A DNA stretch of 64,000 bases from Macrostomum lignano (Eukaryota): positions 248,001 through 312,000 of the forward strand of contig NIVC01000606.1 in NCBI GenBank assembly GCA_002269645.1. Reading direction: 5' to 3'. A program made the translations under genes and the position numbers. Under the pieces are notes generated by a model. That model did no database searches and was not told the DNA's origin. It saw nothing but the letters and a program-made list of their open reading frames with translations. Positions 12,401 through 23,070 of this stretch are shown here, one piece after another; positions within the stretch are counted from its first letter, which is position 1; the number at the start of each line of letters is the position of its first letter.

Positions 12401-15400
12401 GACACTGAAGATATATATGTACATTAGCCAAGCGCCACTGAAGAGGTACATGTACATTAGCCAGCGCCACTGAAGAGGTACATGTACATTAGCCAGCGCC
12501 ACTGAAGAGGTACATGTACATTAGCCAAGCGCCACTAAAGATGTACATGTACATTAGCCAGCGACACTGAAGATATATATGTACATTAGCCAAGCGCCAC
12601 TGAAGAGGTACATGTACATTAGCCAGCGCCACTGAAGAGGTACATGTACATGACAGCTTTAGACTGGAACACCGAGAACGGCAATTCATTAGAAATTCAT
12701 TGTGTTGTCCTGTGTCTCCGCATTTATGTACAAAACATAACCTGCTCATCCTCAGGTGCATCGAGATGCTGTGCACCAGAGATCACGGCCTAATTAACAG
12801 TGTCGACAGCGACGGCAACTCGGTTCTGCACTACGCCCGCGAGAAGGAGATCACCTACACCCTGTGCCACTATCCGCAGATCAATAAGAACTTGGTCAAT
12901 ACCAAGGGCGAGACGCCGCTGCACTCCGTGATCATCGAGATGTACAAGACCACCGATAAGAAGAAGAAGGAAGACTACCTGGATGTGATCATGACTCTGC
13001 TAGTGCTCGAGGCCGATGCTAGCATACCTAATATTGAGGGCGAGACTCCTCTGCACTCTGCCGTTCGGGTGAGTTTAATCATCCCCATATTAGGAGATTT
13101 CATTCACTTATCCTCTGAGCGAAGTTAATTCCATTGAATCCTTCAGAATCTCCCCAGTCTCATCCCATGGAATCTCTCACGAATCTTTCTATTTTCATCC
13201 CACAGAATCCCTTAAGAATCTCCCCATTTTATCCCACAGAATCCCTCACAAATCTCCCCATTTTCATCCCACAGAATCCCTTACGCGCTCGTAAGAATCT
13301 CCCCAGTCTCATCCCACAGAATCTCCCCAGTCTCATCCCACAGAATCCCTCATAAATCTCCCCATTTTCATCCCACAGAATCTCCCCAGTCTCATCCCAC
13401 AGAATCTCCCCAGTCTAATCCCACAGAATCCCTCACGAATCTCCCCATTTTCATCCCACAGAATCTCCCCAGTCTCATCCCACAGAATCCCTCACGAATC
13501 TCCCCATTTTCATCCCACAGAATCTCCCCAGTCTTATCCCAGAGAATCCCCCGAGAATCTCCCCAGTCTTATCCCACAGAATCCCCCAAGAATCTCCCCA
13601 GTCCCATCCCACAGAATCCCTCACGAATCTCCTGGTTCATCTCATAAAATCCCTTTAGAATATTTCCATTTAGTTTCATCCCTGAATTCGCATTTTCTTA
13701 CTTATTCTGGCACTCTTTCGGGTTGCGCATTCATAATTATGCTAAACATTTGTTCCAGACTCGCAACGTTGACGTAGTGCGCGCTCTAATCGTATTCGAA
13801 GCGGACGTTAACTGTCTGAATAAGCGAGGCCAGACTCCCAGGCACATCTTGTCTAGCGAAGAGGAGGGTCAGCCAGCTTTCGGGTCTGTTTGCTGCGTTC
13901 AGTACCTTCAACAGCATTAATTTTATTTAAAATAGCTGGCACCTTAATCTAATCACTGTTTTGTTCTTTGCAGAATTTTGCCCTACTTCCGTACCAGCAC
14001 CCGGGATCGGTGAGCGCTGTTTCAATCTTGATCTGAGGGCATTGAAATCTCTGTTTTTACATATATGAAAAGGACTATTCAATTCGCAGATCTAATATAC
14101 TGAAAATGAATAATTGAAGTTCTAAAGATGAGATTTGCAGATTGGGTTCTAATAGGGTGAGATTTTGTAGATTGAGTTCTTATAGGGCGGGATTTTGCAG
14201 ATTGAATTCTTTTAGGGTGAGATTTTGCAGATTGAGTTCTAATAGGGTGAGTTTTTGCAGATTGAATTCTTTTAGGGTGAGATTTTGCAGATTGAGTTCT
14301 AATAGGGTGAGATTTTGTAGATTGAGTTCTCATAGGGTGAGATTTCTCAGATTGAGTTCTCATAGGGTGAGATTTCTCAGATTGAGTTCTTATGGGGTTA
14401 GATTTTGCAGTTGGGGTTCTTATGGGGTGAGATTTTGCAGATTGAGTTCTCATAGGGTGAGATTTCTCAGATTGAGTTCTCATAGGGTGAGATTTCTCAG
14501 ATTGAGTTCTTATGGGGTGAGATTTTGCAGATTGAGTTCTTATGGGGTGAGATTTTGCAGATTGAGTTCTTATGGGGTGAGATTTTGAAGATTGAACTCT
14601 TATAGGGTGAGATTTTGCAGATTGAGTTCTTATGGGTGAGATTTTGAAGATTGAGTTCTCATAGGGTGAGATTTCTCAGATTGAGTTCTCATAGGGTGAG
14701 ATTTCTCAGATTGAGTTCTCATAGGGTGAGATTTCTCAGATTGAGTTCTCATAGGGTGAGATTTCGAAGATTGAGTTCTTAGGGGGAGATTTAGCATAAG
14801 GTTTATCGATTTTAAAATTCATAGACTTTAAGAAACTGTTCACATCACATTCTCACGCAGCGACGTGCTGATCTACACTCTTCACATGGTCGGCGCCAAC
14901 CGCTGCTCCAGCAGCACCTCCGGCTGCGGTGACGGCTGCCACTACCGTGGCAAGAACAATGGCACAGTGCCTGAGGCCTGTAAAATACCCGAGCTTGAGT
15001 CGCACTCGCCCGAGCCCGCTCCGAAATCGAATCCGTTGAGCGGCGCCTCAGCTGTTGCCTTGTTGAAGCGACTGGACAGCAGTCGGTCCAGCTCCGGCGG
15101 TGTCAACTTTCGCAACTCCTCGTCCAGCAGCTTGAACAGCGGCGGGAACGCGTCAGCCAGCGGCGGCGAGCAGCAGTCGCCTAGCGAGCCGTGCGTCTAC
15201 CTGGCGGAGTCGGCCAGCAGTCACAACATTCTGGCTAACGCCACCACTGCCAGCGTCGATGTGCCCGACAGTAGCGAAAGTGACGACGTTTCGCTGGCGT
15301 TGGACAACGCCGAAGGCGACACCCTGCTCTGCCTGGACGGCGGCGGCATTCGCGGCCTCATTCTGGCGCAGCTGATGCGGGCTATCGAGCGCCGGCTTAT

Positions 15401-17203
15401 TCAACACGAGCAGCAGCCGCAGGCGCAGCTAGTTGACTATTTTGACTGGGTGTCCGGCACCAGCACCGGCGCAATCTGCGCGTTGGCTCTGGGCGTTGGC
15501 AAAACTGCCGCATTTGGCCGCTGTCTGTATTTGAAGCTGAAGGATCGAATGTTTCAGGTACGACAGTGCTGCATTCTGAATGAGTCAAGGACCCTGGATG
15601 AGTCTAGGACTCTGGATGAGTCTAGGACCCTAAATGAGTCTAGGACCCTAAATGAGTCTAGGACCCTGGATGAGTCTAGGACCCGAATGAGTCTAGAACC
15701 CTAAATGATTCCAGGACCCCGAATGAGTCTGGGACCCTAAATGAGTCTATAGGACCCTGAATGAATCTAGGACCCTAAATGAGTCTATAGGACCCCGAAG
15801 GAGTCTAAGACCCTATATGAGTCTGGGACCCTAAATGAGTCTATAGGACCCCGAAGGAGTCTAAGACCCTAAATGAGTCTATAGGACCCTGGATGAATCT
15901 AGGACCCTGAAAAATGAGTCTAGGACCCTAATGAGTCTAGGACCCTAAATGAGTCTAGGACCCTGGATGAGTCTAGGACCCTGGATGAGTCTAGAACTTT
16001 TGTCGCATTACTGTGCTGTACTACTCATTACTACTATGTTAATTTTAACGTAGTTTAATTGGTTCCTACATATCGGCAGGGCTCGCGTCCCTACGCAGCC
16101 GACTTCCTGGAGCAGACGCTGCAAGAGATGTTCGGCGAGAACACCGTAATGACTGACATCCCGCTGAGTCGCTGCGGCATCATGGTGCACGCCCTGCTAG
16201 CTGACAGATTCCCGCCGCTGCTGCACACTTTCCGCAACTACGATCCGCCTTTGCCCGACCCTAAGCCGCTCAAGTCTTCGCCTGAGGTGGCCGTCTGCCG
16301 GCCCGAGGATCAGCTGGTCTGGCGGGCGGCCAGATCTTCCGGTGCGGCGCCGACATTCTTTAAATCCTGCGATCAGTACCTGGACGGCGGGCTGGTGGCT
16401 AACAACCCCACCCTGGATGCCCTGACTGAGGTCAGCTGTGCTCTATTCTTGCTTCTGTTTGCTTGCAGTGAATGAGTGAGTGAGTCAGTGAGTGAGTCAG
16501 TGAGTGAGTGAGTGAGTGAGTGGGTGAGTGAGTGAGTGAGTGAGTGGGTGAGTGAGTGAGTGAGTGAGTGGGTGAGTGAGTGAGTGAGTGAGTGATTGAG
16601 TGAGTGAGAGTGAGTGAGAGTGAGTGAGTGAGGGAGGGGCAGCAGAGACAGATGCATTGAATCTATCCGAGGATATTGCAGCCAAGCAAAGCATCTCCAC
16701 AATTTTCCTGTTCCCTCCCATCTCCCTCCCCGCAGCTGACCGCCTACTACAAGAAGAACTATAACCAGCTGCCAAAGCTGCGCTGCGTTGTATCTCTGGG
16801 CACTGGCCGAATCCCAGTGATCCCAATCTCCAACCGTGACGTGTTCATGCCATCCAATCCGGCCCAGCTGTTGCAGACTTTCCGCGGCATGAACAGCCTG
16901 GCCCAGATCATGGTTGAGCAGGCCACTAGCGCCGATTATCAGACTGTACGCCGGGCCCAGGCCTGGTGCGACTGTCTCGGCGCCCGCTATTACCGACTGT
17001 CGCCGCCAATCTCGGCGGACATACCCCTAGACTGCAAGAGTACGTCAATATTGATCCAGATGCTTTGGGAGACCGAAGTCTACTTGGCTAGGAGTACGGA
17101 CAAGCTCGACCAGCTGGTTCGGGTGCTCACAGCGCCGCACAGGGCGGCTAAAGCTGCTGCTACATTCTCGGCCGAGCCTGGGACGCCTAAAGTGGCTGAC
17201 TAG
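9471..17203 (+). CDS. PLA2G6: 85/88 kDa calcium-independent phospholipase A2 beta (ankyrin repeats + patatin domain), about 928 aa, 10 coding exons
   Basis: Exons 9471-9562, 9658-9768, 10496-10895, 11530-11723, 12756-13068, 13759-13883, 13974-14009, 14861-15557, 16080-16430, 16736-17203 (2787 nt, in frame). Ankyrin motifs [31 protein letters not shown] (x2), GQTPRHI. Patatin motifs [33 protein letters not shown]. The donor of exon 6 is the least certain boundary. Confidence 0.92.
9832..10445. repeat. 23-bp minisatellite, PLA2G6 intron 2
   Basis: GGGAGAGATGCTGGAGGTGGGAA unit. Confidence 0.95.
10901..11492. repeat. (CTGA/CTCA)n tetranucleotide array, PLA2G6 intron 3
   Basis: Continuous CTGACTGACTCA variants. 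Confidence 0.95.
11915..12690. mobile_element. Second, diverged and truncated copy of the 8766-9229 element, containing the 32-bp minisatellite
   Basis: Collinear with the reverse complement of 8965-9229 on both sides of the array: CTACTTTCAGTTTAGTAGCA, GCTATTTTATAA, GTAAACAA..CTTGCTA before it, and TGTACATGACAGCTTTAGACTGGAA..GAGAACGGCAAT after it. Confidence 0.75.
12095..12651. repeat. 32-bp minisatellite, PLA2G6 intron 4
   Basis: TACATGTACATTAGCCAGCGCCACTGAAGAGG, about 17 copies. Confidence 0.95.
13135..13630. repeat. About 24-bp minisatellite, PLA2G6 intron 5
   Basis: CCCACAGAATCTCCCCAGTCTCAT unit. Confidence 0.9.
14130..14790. repeat. 30-bp minisatellite, PLA2G6 intron 7
   Basis: GATTTTGCAGATTGAGTTCTTATAGGGTGA unit. 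Confidence 0.95.
15580..15996. repeat. 18-bp minisatellite, PLA2G6 intron 8
   Basis: GAGTCTAGGACCCTGGAT unit. Confidence 0.9.
16469..16631. repeat. (GTGA)n array, PLA2G6 intron 9
   Basis: GTGAGTGAGT with GTCA and GGTG variants. Confidence 0.95.
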
Positions 17204-17399
17204 TCCTGAAAACATGCGCTGAATTCGCTGTGCTGGTTTTTGTGCTATCAAATTGATCATTTTAAACGCTTTTTAGGTCCCAAAGCTTTCTATATTAAAT
17301 CACTTATTCACAAGTAGCTACTACTCTACTGTCCATACTACTTAATGGACAGTTATGTCCATATACTACTACTACTACTAAAGTAAATTAAGTGATTAA

Positions 17400-17614
17400 A
17401 TAGATAAGGGGAGGAGGCTGTGCAACCGGCAGTTCAGCCGTAGGACTGGGGGGTCGCCACACACCCTCAATTACCCCAGTTAATGCTGGCAGCCATTTTA
17501 CAGCTGGGTGAACTGAAGCAATGCAGAGTCCAAGTGTCTTTCTTAAAGGACACAAATGTTTTGAGAATCGAACCCCTGATCTTTCAGGTGTGAGTCCGAT
17601 GCTCTATCCCCGAG
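17400..17614 (-). mobile_element. tRNA-derived SINE with a CORE-like central domain
   Basis: On the minus strand: A-box-like GGGGATAGAGCATCGG (17611-17596), B-box GGTTCGATTC (17574-17565), then TGTGTCCTTTAAGAAAGACACTT..TTGCTTCAGTTCACCCAGCTGTAAAATGG, which resembles the CORE-SINE consensus as I recall it. Confidence 0.6.
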
Positions 17615-18131
17615 GTTGTGATAAAATAGTTACAATCGGTGGACCTCTATAAATTTGATTCTATTTTGATTTCTGTTTGACTGGAGTGATATAATCGATT
17701 TCTTCTCTTCTTAATTAGTTTCAAACGGTTTTATCCTTTTTTTCTGCTTTTCTGTGCAATTATTTATCGGATGGAAGATAAGTGTAGAGGTTGAGAATCT
17801 ACAACTCAAACTAATATGTGAAACAATCTAGTGTATTATACATGCTCCAGCTAGTGCATGAAGCTGGGAGTGATTCTGTGGTAACTTTAAAGACTGAGCT
17901 TCCTTGTATTGTTGAATCAATTTTGTCACAATAGCCGCCGTTTCAAGACATTTTTGCTAATGCTAATTCTCTGTTTTGGCGTAAAAATTGCTGATAATTA
18001 AGTATAGTTTTTGTGTACATTTGTATCGTATGTGTTACGTGATTGATATGAAGTAAGTTTATATTAGAATATTGCAACTTTTAGTGCGATTCAAATAGTG
18101 AGAATAGGCCCTTTCGCGTGCGTTTGGTCAC

Positions 18132-18380
<249 letters not shown>

Positions 18381-18778
18381 GCGTTGCGTTGCGTTGCTGC
18401 AGGCTAACACCTCGCGTGACGCAAGGTCGCGCGAGCCAGTGTGACCACACCGGCCACTACTACTGCTGCTAATCTAGTGTACTCTAAGTATACATATTTG
18501 CGTAGGCAGCCTATACGCACCTAATACTCGTAGTAGTTGGCCGCATTCCATAGCTCTAGCTGCTGAGAAACAGTTTGAAAGTTTTTATTGTCAAGTTTAT
18601 TCATTTTTCAAGCGTGATTTTATTTTAAATATTTAACTCTCACAGTATTTCACTAGCAGGTAGTCATGTCCTGTTTTGGTTCTGGGTGTTCTATGCTCTC
18701 TGTTTTTATTCCATCGTTCTGTGTTTAGTGTAAATATTTATTCCGAGTTAGTTAAACACAGGCATACTGCGGCGATTT

Positions 18779-19686
18779 TCTTGGCATCTCAGAATGCCCA
18801 TCTGAACCTTGGCATCTCAGAATGCCCATCTTAACCTAGGCACCTCAGAATGCCCATCTTAACCTTGGCATCTCAGAATGCCCATCTGAACCTTGGCATA
18901 TCAGAATGCCCACCTGAACCTTGGCATCTCAGAATGCTCACCTGAACCTTGGCATATCAGAATGCCCATCTGAACCTTGGCATCTCAGAATGCCAATCTG
19001 AACCTTGGCATATCAGAATACCCACCTGAACCTTGGCATCTCAGAATGCTCACCTGAACCTTGGCATCTCAGAATGCCCATCTGAACCTTGGCATCTCAG
19101 AATGCCCATCTGAACCTTGGCATATCAGAATGCCCACCTGAACCTTGGCATCTCAGAATGCTCACCTGAACCTTGGCATCTCAGAATGCCCATCTGAACC
19201 TTGGCATCTCAGAATGCCCATCTGAACCTTGGCATATCAGAATGCCCACCTGAACCTTGGCATCTCAGAATGCCCCTCTGAACCTTGGCATCTCAGAATG
19301 CCCACCTGAACCTTGGCATCTCAGAATGCCCATCTGAACCTTGGCATCTCAGAATGCCCACCTGAACCTTGGCATCTCAGAATGCCCATCTGAACCTTGG
19401 CATATCAGAATGCCCATCTGAACCTTGGCATCTCAGAATGCTCACCTGAACCTTGGCATCTCAGAATGCCCATCTGAACCTTGGCATCTCAGAATGCCCA
19501 TCTGAACCTTGGCATCTCAGAATGCTCACCTGAACCTTGGCATCTCAGAATGCCCACCTGAACCTTGGCATATCAGAATGCCCATCTGAACCTTGGCATC
19601 TCAGAATGCCCACCTGAACCTTGGCATCTCAGAATGCCCACCTGAACCTTGGCATATCAGAATGCCCACCTGAAACTTGGCACCTC
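18779..19686. repeat. 28-bp minisatellite, intergenic
   Basis: CTGAACCTTGGCATCTCAGAATGCCCAT, about 32 copies; internal GGCAT-N6-ATGCC hairpin. Confidence 0.95.
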
Positions 19687-20823
19687 AGCATTCCGCATTG
19701 ATCAAAGTGAGTCATCTCAGCAACTTACCTGTAATTCTGCTGATCTTATGGGAAACTTTGCCGCAGACTAAACCGCATTATTCGCCAATTATGTATATTA
19801 TCGAAGCAATTCGTTCGTTATTACTGATTAATTCAATAAAATTTGCATCGGCTCTGTTCTTGCTAATCTGTTGCTTTCGTGGACTTATGGTCTATATATT
19901 CTGTGCGACAGATCTTCGCGACCCTAAGATGCAAGGAATGGAAAGTTTGTCTTTAGTCTCAGTTCCAACACTAAACGTGGTTTTACTGTTGATGTAGTTT
20001 TCTGTTGTATAATTCCCGTAGTATCCTGATTTGACGTTTAAATTTCATGTCGAATAAAGTCGAAATGATGATTTGAATTCTTATTTACAAGCCGAATGCT
20101 GTGTTAATATTTCTCTATATACAGTAGTACTATTGTTGGTTTGTACACTTAACCGTTCTGATGTAATTGGTGCCCCGGATGCAGTAATAATATAAATATG
20201 CCATAACAATAATTTTCTTTTTTATCGCCTTTCAAAATATTGTTGTTTTTGACTTAAACAATCTGCATACTCAAACAGTAATCTTTAGAGTTTATTTATT
20301 TCTGTAATTAAAAAAAATAAGCGGAAAAAATAAAAAAACAGTAGTTAATGAGCATTAGGGCATGATGAAGGAACTTCCAATTCCAGTTGAAGAGGAGTCT
20401 GGACACAATCTAGTCTAGAATTTGTCAAGCGTTTTAAACTTTAAAATGCCGCGGTCCAGTTCAATTTAAATCCCCATTTATCATTTTCGAAGCAGAAGTT
20501 GATTATAAGCAAAGTACCCAACTTCCCCAAATTATTTGTCAGTATAAACTTTATTTCCCTTGAGCTTTGGGAATTTTTGCATTTTTATTACAGCTTGGGG
20601 GCTGAATTCGTGAAATTGGCTGACTTTTTTTATTTCATTAACAAACACCGGATATGTAAGCTTTCAATTGCCTTCTCACACAAGTCTCTCATCATAAGCA
20701 TTCGAGGCTATAAGTTTTGTTCTAAACATATATTCTCTTGAATATGCAATTATGCTATAAAAAGAGCGTTGAAAGAAAATTACCTTCATTCAGCAACTTA
20801 CTCGTATTTGGGGTCTGTAGTTG

Positions 20824-21080
20824 ACCAGCCATCCGCCTTATTCACCTGATCTGACATCCTGTGACTTTTTTCTGCAAGTCAAAGATTCACCGCGTCAACG
20901 GTGCTTTTCAACCGCAGAAGCGGCTGCAGATGCTTTCGATGAGGTGGTGGAGGGGATGTCTTGGTTTGAGAGAATGAGGCGCTGCATATAGAGTCTGGTA
21001 GAGAGTATTTTGAGAAGCTCTGAAAAATTCACTTTTAGTTGCTGCTTTTGCTCGAGAAACAACTTTCGTAGGCCCCCGTA
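20824..21080 (+). mobile_element. Decayed, 5'-truncated mariner (Tc1/mariner) transposase C-terminus with right TIR
   Basis: 20830-20874 translates as HPPYSPDLTSCDFFL (mariner YSPDLAPxD motif), followed by WFERMRRCI and, after a 2-nt insertion, ESGREYFEKL*. The segment ends AACTTTCGTAGGCCCCCGTA (TIR-like, terminal TA). Confidence 0.75.
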
Positions 21081-21462
21081 ACTGCAGTTTTCTACGGAAG
21101 TAAATTTCCTGCTTATAAAAATCACTCGACTCAGTGGATACCAGTGGGCATGTGCTTAGCCGGTGGAGCAAAGGTTTTGGAACTCCACAAAAAGTTCGCG
21201 TAGGTTGCTAGAAATAGCTGGGTCAGCTGGGTTGACCATAGACTGTAGCTAGTAGAATAGAAGAGTATATAATTTTAATGCGCCACTGTGACCAGCGCTG
21301 CTGACCATGCTCAACAGGAAGGGCTTTTTTACCATAGACTTGAAAACATGATCGACAGTTAAGGCCTGAGATTTAATCCCCGCTTTGGCCCGGCTAGCTG
21401 CCTATCTCTGTGTATTTTCATTTCTTGGACTCCAAGAAATAATTGCTAAAAAACATTCTTTC

Positions 21463-22101
21463 AGTATAAGATAATCCCCACTTGATTTTGCTTCTTTGGC
21501 CTAGGAACGGCTGAGGACTGCGTTTCTAGGCCGAGGCTATTCCTCCCTCCCTCGCTGACTCCCTCTGACACCCTATGATACAAGACTGCTTATAACTGTT
21601 CGTAGTTAGATTTTTCACTTTTGATCCCCATTTGTTGCTATTCAGTGTTGTGAAACCGGTCTTGTTTCAAAAGTATAACAGCATCTTTGTGTTTCTACCA
21701 TAGACAATTATTTCTTGGCCTCCAAGAAACGCCTGATGGGAGTCTCAACTCATTTGAAGGAATGTTTTTTAGCCATAGACAATTATTTCTTGGAGTCCAG
21801 CGTTATCCCCGGGCTTCAGGATGAAATCCAGTAGGTCCGGCGAAATCTCCATATCCGGGGCTTCAACAACGACAGCAGCAGAGATGTCACCCATATTCGG
21901 TACCAAGCTACACACAACTGAAGCTTTTCTGATCTTACACAGAATATTCGGCTTTATAGAGCTTTATAGCCAATAGTCTATGGCCGAGGCTTAGTCTCAT
22001 ATCCTCCCGCTGGCTGCGGCAATTAAATATTATAATCCCCACTTGATTTCGTTTCTTTGGCCTAGAAACTGCTGAGGACTGCGTGGGGATTATCTTATAC
22101 T
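21463..22101. mobile_element. Inverted-repeat-bounded element with internal duplications (CCATAGAC-family fragments)
   Basis: Perfect 19-bp inverted repeat AGTATAAGATAATCCCCAC (21463-21481) / GTGGGGATTATCTTATACT (22083-22101). About 50-bp direct repeat at 21472-21522 and 22033-22083. Confidence 0.5.
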
Positions 22102-23070
22102 TAATGCACCCCTAGATGGGCCACTCCAGCCGCATGGCCGCAGCGCCAAAACCCCGGGGTTACGGCCATAGACTGTACGTAGCCTCCGCTTCTCTTAAGA
22201 ATTTAGCACAGTACTCGAAGAATAGCACTTGAAAAGCATTAGAATCTAACTGATTCAGCAGCTAGTGTCTGTGGCCCTAACCCCGGGGGTTTTGGGGTCT
22301 CGGAGACGGCCGCTAAATACATTAGCAAATTTTGGAGTGACACATCTAGGTAATATAGAATCTGCGGTTAAGGCTGTTGATTTAAGGTCAGCTCTGCTTA
22401 CCATACGGCAGCTCAAGGTTAAACTTTCAGTCTATGATGCGTCTCTGGGTCTTTTGTGTCTTAGCGTGTCATGACGCATTCACTTTAAACTTGGCATCCT
22501 GTGTGCGTCTGGCGCTTAAACAACCTAAAGGATGCGACCCCAAGATGCAGTGCTGTCGTTGACATCAAGACAGCTTACAATACTCTAGTCCACTAAGTTT
22601 TCGTTGCAGATTCAAGGCAATGCCAATTGGGAAAGATACATGGGGCTGTGAGGCATCTGGCATCCAGAAGCGTGATTTCGAGCCAGTTTAATTATATATA
22701 TGAGGCTTAAAATTAAACTTCGTCATTTTGAACGGCATCGGCATTTTTAATATGGGCAAAAAAGCTGAATCTGGCAAAGCGCCCTAGTCTCGATCCTCAT
22801 TATAGAAAACAGCTTTTTGCGCGTTCTAGAATCTTGGAGTCAAGCTTCTTAAGTCGCCTGGTTAAAAGAGCATAAGTACTCGTAACGTCTTACTGTTCAC
22901 TTTATCATTATATTTCGGTTATTATCCTTATATTGCCGGTTCCTTATCCAGCAGCTGCTCGATAAAATGTATGCAACTTTTCGTTCAGCTAAGATTGCGC
23001 ATCAGGTTTGCACTTCTATTCAATTCAATCCAGTCTGTCTTCATGATCACTGACCACAGTGCTCAAGTGC

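Noticed and set aside
18779-19686. 28-bp repeat with an internal hairpin, superficially CRISPR-like
   Set aside because: Units are head-to-tail with no unique spacers, there are no cas genes, and the context is eukaryotic.
19690-20220. Possible decayed LINE reverse transcriptase on the minus strand (CGKVSHKISRITGKLLR-like fragment)
   Set aside because: Too many stops and no recognisable catalytic motif; a tBLASTx or Dfam search is needed.
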